Below, piece after piece: positions 17,844-26,416 of a DNA stretch of 36,667 bases (within the stretch, counting starts at the first letter, position 1; each line of letters opens with the position of its first letter). Under the pieces are notes generated by a model. The model did no database searches. It was not told where the DNA came from and saw only the letters and a list, made by a program, of their open reading frames with translations. Source of the DNA: a virus (Duplodnaviria; Caudoviricetes); the IMG/VR virus record IMGVR_UViG_3300040971_000374, positions 1-36,667 of that record. One strand, 5' to 3'. Position numbers and translations under genes: made by a program.

Positions 17844-18241
17844 CCGCTCATGAGAAGTTTATCGCAGACCGGAATCGGATAGTCGATGCATTGAAGTATT
17901 CCGATATCCCGACCATCCAGTTCAACAAGGATGCTATCCCCAAGCAGTTGCCCTGTGCTATTGTGATTCTGGACTCAGAGACAGGCAAGAATGGCACTTC
18001 AAGACAGTATGTTAGTACTGATTTGGCTTGGACAGTGTTTCTGATTGTCAATGCTCAGAACGTGGATGATCCAGATAACGACCTTTACCAACTCAAAGAG
18101 AAGTTCCGCTCTTTATATCTCAAGCTGATGAACCGGGACTTGCCCAGTGTGGAATACTACACCAGCCGCATCGACGGTACCAGACTGGTCAGGATCGCCA
18201 AGATCGACCTGCTCAAGGCAGGAACAGGAGCATCGGCATGA
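17840..18241 (+). CDS. Hypothetical virion protein (possible tail terminator)
   Basis: ATGA overlap at 17840; LPCAIV motif; 133 aa. Confidence 0.55.
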   Translation: MTAHEKFIADRNRIVDALKYSDIPTIQFNKDAIPKQLPCAIVILDSETGKNGTSRQYVSTDLAWTVFLIVNAQNVDDPDNDLYQLKEKFRSLYLKLMNRDLPSVEYYTSRIDGTRLVRIAKIDLLKAGTGASA

Positions 18242-19434
18242 GAGTGATGCGACTGGGTGGATATAACCTGGCGATCAGTTCTGCTACTGAACTCCTGGAG
18301 ACCAAATACAAGCCTGAGCCGATTGACTTATCCAAGTGCAGCCGGGTCGGTAAGCAACTGATCTCCAAAGCAGCCGAGACTAAGAAAGTGGTCTCTCAGC
18401 CCTACTCGATGAGTAACCTGCTCAACCTCCTGGATACTGATGAGTACCACTCCGGTTGTGTGGATGCCTTGTCTATGGCAACTGTCATGGAGTTCGACTG
18501 CAAGAACAGCCAGGTAAAGTCCTGGATGGAAGCTGCCGAGTTTCCTGCCTGTGAAGACCAGACCACTATCCTGGCTGAGATGATCAAGTTCTATCTCACC
18601 TGTGGGAATGGCTTCCTGATCAAGATGCGTAACGCTCAGGGACAGTGGATGGGACTCGAACGTATGCTGCCCAGTGAAGTGCAGATCGTAGAGAACTATG
18701 ACGAGTTCGGCTTCTTTCGACCTAACTATATCCAAGTGAAGAACAACCAGAAGAAGGACTTCGCCTATGCCGATATCATCCACATCAAGAAGAGCACCCA
18801 TAAGAGCAATGCCTGGGGCTTGGCCTGCCTGCCGATAGCCATTAATGTCGAGATACTCTCCGAGATCAAGACCTTCGACTACAACAACTTCAAGAACGGG
18901 CTGATGATCGATTACTTCGTGATTGTGGAAGGTGGCACGCTCAGAGACGGAACCGTTACAGACGAGCAGGGCAATGAAGTCCTCACCGATGCCTATACCG
19001 AGATCGAAAAGGCACTCACCGAGGTCAAAGGCAATGCCAAGAGCCACTCTACTGTACTAATCGAAAGCGAGAGCCGGGATGTGAAGATACGCCTCGAGCC
19101 ACTGCGTCAGCAGGACAGGGAAGGTGGCTTCATCACTCTTAAGAAAGACTTGCGGGAAGGTATCTTCGCTTATCACCGGGTTCCGGCAAGGATCGTCTCA
19201 CAGCTGATCCCAGGGCAGCTGGGTGGCGATAACAAGAGCGATATGCTGATGTTCTACCACTTCGTAGTCAAGCCACTGCAGAATCGCCTCGCACTTACCC
19301 TGGCAATAGAGTTCAACTTTGAGTTCGGGTGGAACCTCACTCCGGACGACTTCAACTTCGGCAATCTAACCGAGAAGCTCCAATCTGCGGATGATCAACT
19401 CTTTATGCAAAGCCGAAACTTTGGAGTAAAGTAA
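18238..19434 (+). CDS. Phage portal protein (PBSX/HK97-like rather than Mu gp29-like)
   Basis: YLTCGNGF, IIHIK...WGL, NNFKNG, AYHRVP and FVVKPLQ pattern; 398 aa. Confidence 0.85.
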   Translation: MRVMRLGGYNLAISSATELLETKYKPEPIDLSKCSRVGKQLISKAAETKKVVSQPYSMSNLLNLLDTDEYHSGCVDALSMATVMEFDCKNSQVKSWMEAAEFPACEDQTTILAEMIKFYLTCGNGFLIKMRNAQGQWMGLERMLPSEVQIVENYDEFGFFRPNYIQVKNNQKKDFAYADIIHIKKSTHKSNAWGLACLPIAINVEILSEIKTFDYNNFKNGLMIDYFVIVEGGTLRDGTVTDEQGNEVLTDAYTEIEKALTEVKGNAKSHSTVLIESESRDVKIRLEPLRQQDREGGFITLKKDLREGIFAYHRVPARIVSQLIPGQLGGDNKSDMLMFYHFVVKPLQNRLALTLAIEFNFEFGWNLTPDDFNFGNLTEKLQSADDQLFMQSRNFGVK

Positions 19435-19457
19435 CATTGGAATTTTAACATAATTAA

Positions 19458-20414
19458 CTACATCAGTGAAGGAAAACAGTGTCTGTTTCGATCATTATTA
19501 CTCTCTTTACAAAAGGACTGGATTAGTCTGTCCATGTCAAACCCATATCTATCAAATCCAATAAATACTGAATCACCAGTCCAATCATCGAACCTGAAAG
19601 CTATGGCATTCAGCTCATTGATTGAGTTAAAGATACCATCGATTTCCATGTATCCCTCAAAATTCCCAAGAGGAAACTCTTTAACACCAAAAACGGGTGT
19701 TCCGATTTTTCCAAAACAAGATATCCATAATGGAGCGGTATAAACTAACTCGTCAGAACCTAGGTATATGAATGCTGATGAAGTTGGTCGATGATGAAGA
19801 GGTAAATGGGTCATATCTATCATGAGAATAGTATTTTTTGACAACTGGGAAGATTTACAATTCTGTACTACTTTCCTTATAATGTTATCTATTACTAGTA
19901 GATTGGCATTATGGCTGTATTTTTCAGTGTTAGCTCTATGAGGTTGGCAAACGATGGGAGCACCAAAATGTACGCCCTTCTTTTTCGATTTCTCCTCAAG
20001 TTCTATGTTAACTTCTAACATCTGCTCTTGAAGTCCAGCCATGTTGATTACTGTGTTCATAGGCATTAGGCACTTATTTTCCACAAAGTAATCTTTCCCA
20101 GCGAGTACTATTCTGAAATCAGGCGTGCTATAACTCTTTCTTGCTAAAGGAGTTATATCGAGATCATTATGTTTCAGTATTAAATACAAAGTTACCTCGC
20201 TATAATCCTGATAAAACTGGCCATGATACTCATCATACTGAACCGTCATGTTGCTAAGAGTGGATAGCATTTTGTTTTTCATTGTATTCACATAAACATC
20301 ATCACTTGAGTCGATCATCTCAAGATAGCGGTCTTTGACATTGTTCAACACTATATTGAGGGTTATTGATTGCGTTTCGGACATAAAACATTTAAAGCTT
20401 TGTTGTAGAGACAT
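19458..20414 (-). CDS. Moron: PD-(D/E)xK nuclease-like hypothetical protein
   Basis: AT-rich, antisense to the late genes; YSE...STPDFRI...YFVENK motif. Confidence 0.6.
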   Translation of the reverse strand: MSLQQSFKCFMSETQSITLNIVLNNVKDRYLEMIDSSDDVYVNTMKNKMLSTLSNMTVQYDEYHGQFYQDYSEVTLYLILKHNDLDITPLARKSYSTPDFRIVLAGKDYFVENKCLMPMNTVINMAGLQEQMLEVNIELEEKSKKKGVHFGAPIVCQPHRANTEKYSHNANLLVIDNIIRKVVQNCKSSQLSKNTILMIDMTHLPLHHRPTSSAFIYLGSDELVYTAPLWISCFGKIGTPVFGVKEFPLGNFEGYMEIDGIFNSINELNAIAFRFDDWTGDSVFIGFDRYGFDMDRLIQSFCKESNNDRNRHCFPSLM

Positions 20415-20495
20415 ATATTCTCCCTATTCATTTTGTACAAGTCTCTTAACCACCATAAATAGCACAAGTAAAATCTCATCGATGCTTAACTAAAA

Positions 20496-20532
20496 CTGTC
20501 GCACAGTTAGGCATGGTGGTTTGTCATTATGG
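20496..20532 (+). promoter_or_regulatory. Putative late promoter, copy 3
   Basis: CTGTCGCACAGTTAGGCA-N6-TTTG-N3-TTAT upstream of the capsid gene. Confidence 0.6.
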
Positions 20533-20576
20533 CTTAGCATAAAATCATGAACTCAAAACAATAACAAGGAGATTAC

Positions 20577-22319
20577 ATGAATATCTTCGGAACTAAGAGC
20601 AGGATCGTCAAAAAGGGCGAACTGCGCAATGTGGAAGTCGAGCTGGTCTCGCTCCTCTTTGACGAGATGAACCCGGCTAACCAGAAAGGCTTTGTGGTCA
20701 AGAATGCTTCCGGACGGAGCTTTGAACACAAGATCAACTCCACCAAGTTCAAGAGTGAGACATCAGGCACTCAAGGACGGCTTTACGTCACTCTGATGGA
20801 GCCTAACATCCATGACTCCCAGGGGGACTATTACACCCGGGAAGAGATTCAGAAGTCCTGTGATCACTTCGCCAAGCACGGCTTAGTCGGCAAATGCGAT
20901 GTAAACCACAATATGCAGCCCGTACCGGAGTTTACCGTAGTGGAGAACTACCTACTCAAGACCAGTGACCGGGAGCATTTCCCCGATGCTAAAGTCGGCT
21001 CTTGGGTGCAAGTCCTCAAGTGCGAGAACCTGCAGAGTGAACTCTGGCAGAAGGTCGAGAAGGGCGAGTTCAATGGGGTATCCATCTATGGACGGGCCGA
21101 TGACTACGGTGGCACCGAAGCCAGCTTAGCCGAGATCAAGAACGAACTGGGCAGCCTGCGTAAGGTAGCGGAACTGAACAACAACAGTGAGATGCAGAAA
21201 GGTATCACTGCCATCACTGAGCGGATCACCGAGCTTGAGAAGAGCAGTGGCACTGTAATCGTCTCGGAAGCCATCAAGAGCATCGAGAAGAGCCTGAAAG
21301 ACCTCTCAGTCACCATGACCAGAGCTATCTCCAAGAGCATTTCAGGTGAGCCGGACGGCAATCAGATGAATGCGGATAAAGAAGTCATGATCGATGGTAA
21401 CAAGATCGTGGTCAAAGCAAGCCACCGGGAGATCTACAAAGGCATCTCCGATGTAGACTCCGGTAAAGCCATGAACATCCTCAATGCTAATACCACATCT
21501 CTGTTTATCGATGAAGTGATTGGCAGCCAGCCCGGTGATACCCTTTCCGATATCTCGATTATCCCACTCCTCAAAGATGAGAAGATCGATGCCGGACTGA
21601 TTGATGACCTGGTATTCAAGAATAGTCTCGATGGTGCTCTTACAGCTCAGACCGTAGCCACTGCCGATCTCTCTGTCCCCACTGGGATACTCAATGCTGA
21701 GTTTACCTTAGGCAGGGATGTGGTGGAGTTCTATAAGGACAAGTACGGTGAGGATGCCTTCGGAGCCTATGTAGAGAACCATATCGCCAAGAAGACTGAG
21801 AAGGCTATCCGTCTGCTACTCTTCAAAGGTGACAGAGTATCTGCCACTGCCAAGCTGAAGGGACTGGATGGAGTGATCAAGCTCGCTACCACCGCCACCG
21901 ATGTCACCAACCTCTCCAAGACCACCTACAATGACTGGGCGAAACGCTTCGAAGCTGCACTCCTAGCTTTCTCTGATGAGATGTTAGAAGAGCAGGAGAA
22001 CTTCAAGTTCTATGTCAGTCAGAAAGACCTGATCCGTATCAGAGCCGAACTCGCCAAACGTGAGACCGGAGCCGGAGACAGACTGCTGCTCGAAGGCGGT
22101 AACGTATCCTTTGCGGGGATTCCTGTAAAGCCACGTCTCATGGCTGATGACTACATCATCGGCGGTCTGCCCAAGTTCATCATCATCGGTTACCGTACCG
22201 ATGCCGAACTCAAGGTTGAGCACCATGGCGCAGACTGGAAGTACCACTGGTACATCCGTATCCGTCCCGGGATCACCTACATCTCCGGCTTCGTGAAAGT
22301 GTTCAAGCTCACCACCTAA
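20577..22319 (+). CDS. XkdF-like prohead protease fused to scaffold and major capsid protein
   Basis: EPNIHDSQGDY...DVNH...GSW...LWQKVEKGEFNGVSIYG (XkdF-like); coiled-coil middle; capsid-like C-terminus LLLFKGD...LDGVIK...FAGIPV. Confidence 0.8.
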   Translation: MNIFGTKSRIVKKGELRNVEVELVSLLFDEMNPANQKGFVVKNASGRSFEHKINSTKFKSETSGTQGRLYVTLMEPNIHDSQGDYYTREEIQKSCDHFAKHGLVGKCDVNHNMQPVPEFTVVENYLLKTSDREHFPDAKVGSWVQVLKCENLQSELWQKVEKGEFNGVSIYGRADDYGGTEASLAEIKNELGSLRKVAELNNNSEMQKGITAITERITELEKSSGTVIVSEAIKSIEKSLKDLSVTMTRAISKSISGEPDGNQMNADKEVMIDGNKIVVKASHREIYKGISDVDSGKAMNILNANTTSLFIDEVIGSQPGDTLSDISIIPLLKDEKIDAGLIDDLVFKNSLDGALTAQTVATADLSVPTGILNAEFTLGRDVVEFYKDKYGEDAFGAYVENHIAKKTEKAIRLLLFKGDRVSATAKLKGLDGVIKLATTATDVTNLSKTTYNDWAKRFEAALLAFSDEMLEEQENFKFYVSQKDLIRIRAELAKRETGAGDRLLLEGGNVSFAGIPVKPRLMADDYIIGGLPKFIIIGYRTDAELKVEHHGADWKYHWYIRIRPGITYISGFVKVFKLTT

Positions 22320-22346
22320 GCAATAACCAAAACATAAGGAGTATCA

Positions 22347-22697
22347 ATGGACTTCATCATTGCCAATCAAGCCTTCATCTTAGGGCTTATCACCACCCTG
22401 ATCGTCTGGATCATTTTCAAGATAACGGGTAAGACCTTGGATAAGACCAAGATCAACTCCGCTCTGGCGATCATCCTCGATATCATCCAGGATATCAAGA
22501 TCAATCCTGCCACCAAGGACCTCGATGACTATGCCAAGAAGCAGTTGGCAGTCGAGCGGGCTACCAAGAGCCTCCCCAGTAACCAAACCAATCTGGTCAT
22601 GAAGATCTTCGGCACTATCGGGGGAGCGGTGGAATATGTCTTCCACAACCGTAAGTGGCTGTTCAGTATCGGCAAAGCCATCAAGGGAGTATTTTAG
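22347..22697 (+). CDS. Membrane protein, holin-like
   Basis: N-terminal hydrophobic helix AFILGLITTLIVWIIF; AAGGAG RBS. Confidence 0.5.
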   Translation: MDFIIANQAFILGLITTLIVWIIFKITGKTLDKTKINSALAIILDIIQDIKINPATKDLDDYAKKQLAVERATKSLPSNQTNLVMKIFGTIGGAVEYVFHNRKWLFSIGKAIKGVF

Positions 22698-23249
22698 ATG
22701 CCTCCCACTCCATCTGTAACACCCCCGGTCTATCCGGGCACCATGATTGATAAAGACCTCAACTTCGTTTCTTTAGTTGAGGGGATGATTGCCGATGATA
22801 TCTACTTCGGGATAGGCACTTACACTGATCTTGATATCGCTGCCCACTTTATCAACCAGACTGCCCTTAACCTCGAGCTAAGTACCAATTATGACATCTT
22901 AGGTGAACTTGCCGAGAAGCCGGGCAAAACCGATTCAAAGATCACCAAGCTCAAGACCCGGAACTACAGCATTCCCGGCAAGCGCACTTCAACCATCGAA
23001 CTCAGTATTGTAGGTCTCTCTGTGAAGCAGAAAGACTTCCTTGAGAGTAGCTCATTCATGGGCAAGAACACGACTATCGTAATCGTATCTAAGGGTAAAG
23101 ACCGCGCAGTGATCTTTAATGGCTTACGCTGGACAGTAGACTGGTCGGGTGAAGCTGATGGTCTGTTCACGGTCGTTATCAGCACTGAGTTCTCCGGAGT
23201 GACTGCAGGTAAGATTTACCTGTTTAAGGATCTTCCAGTCGGAGCATAA
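22698..23249 (+). CDS. Probable major tail (tube) protein
   Basis: 183 aa, beta-rich, upstream of the chaperone and tape measure genes; call is positional. Confidence 0.55.
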   Translation: MPPTPSVTPPVYPGTMIDKDLNFVSLVEGMIADDIYFGIGTYTDLDIAAHFINQTALNLELSTNYDILGELAEKPGKTDSKITKLKTRNYSIPGKRTSTIELSIVGLSVKQKDFLESSSFMGKNTTIVIVSKGKDRAVIFNGLRWTVDWSGEADGLFTVVISTEFSGVTAGKIYLFKDLPVGA

Positions 23250-23272
23250 TCATCGAAACACAAGGATTAAAC

Positions 23273-23473
23273 ATGGATTGCCAATGCAAACCCGAGATCA
23301 AACAGCGCATCGACAGTGTGCATGAGGAGATCTACGGCAATGGTAACAGCAATAACTCACTGGTAACTCGTATGGCGAGAGTGGAGACGAACATGAAGCT
23401 GCTTCTGGGCGTCTCCACTACCCAGTTCTTCATGCTGATCGGCGTTGCCATCAAGATGTTCTTTGGACAATAG
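23273..23473 (+). CDS. Small coiled-coil plus C-terminal TM protein (XhlA/holin-like)
   Basis: EEIYGNG...LVTRMARVETNMK followed by a hydrophobic tail. Confidence 0.55.
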   Translation: MDCQCKPEIKQRIDSVHEEIYGNGNSNNSLVTRMARVETNMKLLLGVSTTQFFMLIGVAIKMFFGQ

Positions 23474-23489
23474 AAAAGGAAAACAAACC

Positions 23490-23840
23490 ATGAAGCGAGA
23501 ACCCCAACTCAGCTATAAACAACTGCGGCAGATACTCTGCCTCACTATCTCCAATACGACACTGAAAGCCAAGCTGGAGGACTTCCTCTCCGGCAAGGTA
23601 ACCAAGGTCAGTGAACTGGAACTGCTGGAGATCATCTCCCAATCAGAAGCCGATAAAGAGCTGATCCGCATCATCTCTAACCAAGACCCTGATACAATGG
23701 ATGCCTTGGAAGCCTTGGAGCATATCTCTGCTTTTTTCGTCTATATCAGAGCCAGCAAAGAGAGGTTCAGCGCTTGGCTCGGGAGTTTCGGATTAGCGGT
23801 CAAGGTGCAGGAAAATACCCCTACGAGAGCTTCGAAATGA
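23490..23840 (+). CDS. Tail assembly chaperone (lambda G-like); -1 frameshift product extends to 23941
   Basis: AAGGA RBS and ATG 23490; slippery T TTT TTC at 23732-23738 in the correct phase; -1 frame open to TAA 23939-23941. Confidence 0.7.
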   Translation: MKREPQLSYKQLRQILCLTISNTTLKAKLEDFLSGKVTKVSELELLEIISQSEADKELIRIISNQDPDTMDALEALEHISAFFVYIRASKERFSAWLGSFGLAVKVQENTPTRASK

Positions 23841-23940
23841 TAATGCGTAAGCTTGGCTTCACTACTGAGGACTTCGCTAACCTCACTCTACCGGAGCTCT
23901 ACCTACGGCTCTGCCTGACAAGTATGAAAGGAGACATCTA

Positions 23941-24759
23941 ATGGATGCACTGATCGGCTGGATCGGAGGTAAACGCCTCCTCCGCAAAACTATCTCACAA
24001 TACGTTCCCAAGGACATTCAGGGCTACATTGAACCCTTCGGTGGTGCTGCCTGGATGCTGCTCTTCAAAGACAAGTGGGGTGATCTGGAAGTTTATAATG
24101 ATCTCGACTATCGCCTGGTCAATCTCTTCCTACAAGTGAAGTATCACCCGGATGAGCTGATCAAAGAACTGGACTTTCTGGTTGCCAGTCGCAAGCTCTT
24201 TGGCGATATCCTCAAGCAGGAAGGCTTAACCGAGATACAGAGAGCTGCCCGGTTCATGTTCCTCATCACCAGATCATTCGGAAGCAAAGGTGACAGCTTT
24301 GGTACATCTCAGAAGCGTGGCACGTCCAGTATGTATAACCGTCTGGAACGCATCAAGGAACTGCACAGAAGACTGGACATGGTCATCATCGAGAACCTCT
24401 CTTATGAGAAAGTGATAGAGAAGTACGACACCAAGAGCAACTTCTTTTATTGCGATCCGCCTTACATGCTTGGTTACACTTACGAAAACTCCAAGCAGTT
24501 CAGCCATGAAACCCTGAGAGACATCTTGAAGAACATCAAGGGAAGGTTTATCCTCTCCTATGATGACAACCCGGAAGTACTGAAGCTATACAAAGGCTAT
24601 GATATCAGGCACGTCACCAGAACCAAGGGTATCAACCGTAAGGAAGGCAAGTCCGAGTTCAATGAAGTGATCATCGCCAATTTCGACCTCGTGGATACCG
24701 ATCAGGATACAGCCAAGACCAAAGCTAAAACCACCAAAGAGATCAGGGGGATATCGTGA
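23941..24759 (+). CDS. DNA adenine methyltransferase (Dam/D12 class), copy 1
   Basis: WIGGK, YIEPFGGAA, YND and CDPPY. Confidence 0.92.
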   Translation: MDALIGWIGGKRLLRKTISQYVPKDIQGYIEPFGGAAWMLLFKDKWGDLEVYNDLDYRLVNLFLQVKYHPDELIKELDFLVASRKLFGDILKQEGLTEIQRAARFMFLITRSFGSKGDSFGTSQKRGTSSMYNRLERIKELHRRLDMVIIENLSYEKVIEKYDTKSNFFYCDPPYMLGYTYENSKQFSHETLRDILKNIKGRFILSYDDNPEVLKLYKGYDIRHVTRTKGINRKEGKSEFNEVIIANFDLVDTDQDTAKTKAKTTKEIRGIS

Positions 24760-25535
24760 ATAGTATCATCTCATGGGTAGGTGGCAAGCGTCTCCTGAGA
24801 AAGAAGATACTGCCTCTCATCCCCAAGCACGACATCTACTGTGAAGTCTTTGGCGGTGCTGCCTGGATACTGTTCGGGAAATCAGCCAACAAGGAAGACT
24901 GGCAGTTGTCCAAGAAGAGCAGATACACTGAAGTCTATAACGACATCAATGGTGATCTGGTGAACTTCTGGAAGTACGTTAAGCAGCATCCTGAAGCGTT
25001 TGTTACCGAGTTGAACCAGTACTTGGTATCCAGGGAGATGTTCGACACGTTCACCCAACATGAGCCCAAAACAGAACTTGAACGGGCTATCCGTTTCTAC
25101 TTCCAGTTATCCTGCAGCTACGGCTCACGCAGCAAGAACTTCTGCATCATGCAGGGCTATAAATACATGCCACTGCGAAACCTGGAGAAGGTAAAAGCTG
25201 CCTCGGAACGGCTCAAGCAGGTGATTATCGAAAAGCAAGACTTTGAGAAGATCATTGCCCGTTTTGATACGCCCAACACCTTCTTCTACCTCGACCCACC
25301 CTATTACACCAAGGAGCATCTATACGACAGAGAAGACGCAGACGCATTTACCAAGCATGCAGAGCTGGCATCCGCACTGAAAAACATCAAAGGGAAGTTC
25401 CTGCTATCCTACAACAATGACCCTTACATCCGCACACTCTACCAAGGCTTCGCCATTGATGAAGTCGAAGCGCAGTACACTGTTTCAGGCAGTTTTCAGT
25501 TACAAATCGAGTTGCTCATTAGGAATTATAAGTAA
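24756..25535 (+). CDS. DNA adenine methyltransferase (Dam/D12 class), copy 2
   Basis: WVGGK, YCEVFGGAA, YNDIN and LDPPY; GTGA overlap with copy 1. Confidence 0.92.
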   Translation: MNSIISWVGGKRLLRKKILPLIPKHDIYCEVFGGAAWILFGKSANKEDWQLSKKSRYTEVYNDINGDLVNFWKYVKQHPEAFVTELNQYLVSREMFDTFTQHEPKTELERAIRFYFQLSCSYGSRSKNFCIMQGYKYMPLRNLEKVKAASERLKQVIIEKQDFEKIIARFDTPNTFFYLDPPYYTKEHLYDREDADAFTKHAELASALKNIKGKFLLSYNNDPYIRTLYQGFAIDEVEAQYTVSGSFQLQIELLIRNYK

Positions 25536-26324
25536 GTTTGATGTCTTATCATTCCTTCTCTTAGCGTCCTCTAACAGGAACTCTTCCCGATCAACAGATA
25601 AAATTGTTTCGATGAATTTGATTGTGTTAGCATACTTGCCTATTACAGTTTTTGAGTAAGTGGATTTTGATAGTAACCTGTAAAAACCGTGTAACTTCAG
25701 CCCTCTCATATAAATACCATCGGGTATGTTGAACCAAATAAAAGCCCGTGTTTTGTAAGATGTGTTGAATTTAAAAGGAACTTCATAATTCACTAGTTTT
25801 TGTAGCTCACCATTCCAAGGATGATTAATGGGTATTTCAAGTATGATTTTTTCGTAAGCATATTTAGCACTAGGAGCAAGAATGATGCCAATCCAATCTG
25901 TGCTGTCGTGCCATTCGGATGCTTCATCTATAGCGTTTCCCATAGCGATATTTTGTTTCGTATCGCATATGAAGTCGCCATAACTAATAGCCCCTCTAAA
26001 ATAAATACCTTGTTTAAAGTACCTGTCAATAAAGGAGTCCAAAATGATCACTATATGCGCTAATAAAATAGTTCTATTTTCCTCGTTTTCATCTGTGCAG
26101 GAAAGGCATAACACCAATGTGTCCGAAAGGCATAACACATCAAGATGCCAATAATCTTCAAATCCTTGAATCTCTTTTTCTATGCAATATTTTTGATCGT
26201 TGAGCTCTTTTTTAAGCTGTTTCCACAAAGAGAAAAAATCAAAGTTTTGTCTTTTGCTCAGATACTCTTTAAATCCGAGGACATCTAACATGGCTACATA
26301 TCCTCTTTTCATTTTCTTTTTCAT
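25500..26324 (-). CDS. Moron: divergent class III nucleotidyl cyclase-like protein
   Basis: VAMLDVLGFK, CLSDTL, FRGAISYG and GNAIDEA align with cyclase motifs; TGGAG RBS before ATG 26324; AT-rich and antisense. Confidence 0.6.
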   Translation of the reverse strand: MKKKMKRGYVAMLDVLGFKEYLSKRQNFDFFSLWKQLKKELNDQKYCIEKEIQGFEDYWHLDVLCLSDTLVLCLSCTDENEENRTILLAHIVIILDSFIDRYFKQGIYFRGAISYGDFICDTKQNIAMGNAIDEASEWHDSTDWIGIILAPSAKYAYEKIILEIPINHPWNGELQKLVNYEVPFKFNTSYKTRAFIWFNIPDGIYMRGLKLHGFYRLLSKSTYSKTVIGKYANTIKFIETILSVDREEFLLEDAKRRNDKTSNLLIIPNEQLDL

Positions 26325-26416
26325 AATATGCTCCAGTACCAAGCAAAATGATGGAGCTGGAAATGTCAATAATTTTCTATGATTTGTAACACTTAGCAAG
26401 AGGTATCAACTTAACT

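Noticed and set aside
18328-19047. 239 aa antisense ORF and similar shadow ORFs in phage genes
   Set aside because: They lie wholly opposite well-supported genes and are explained by codon bias.
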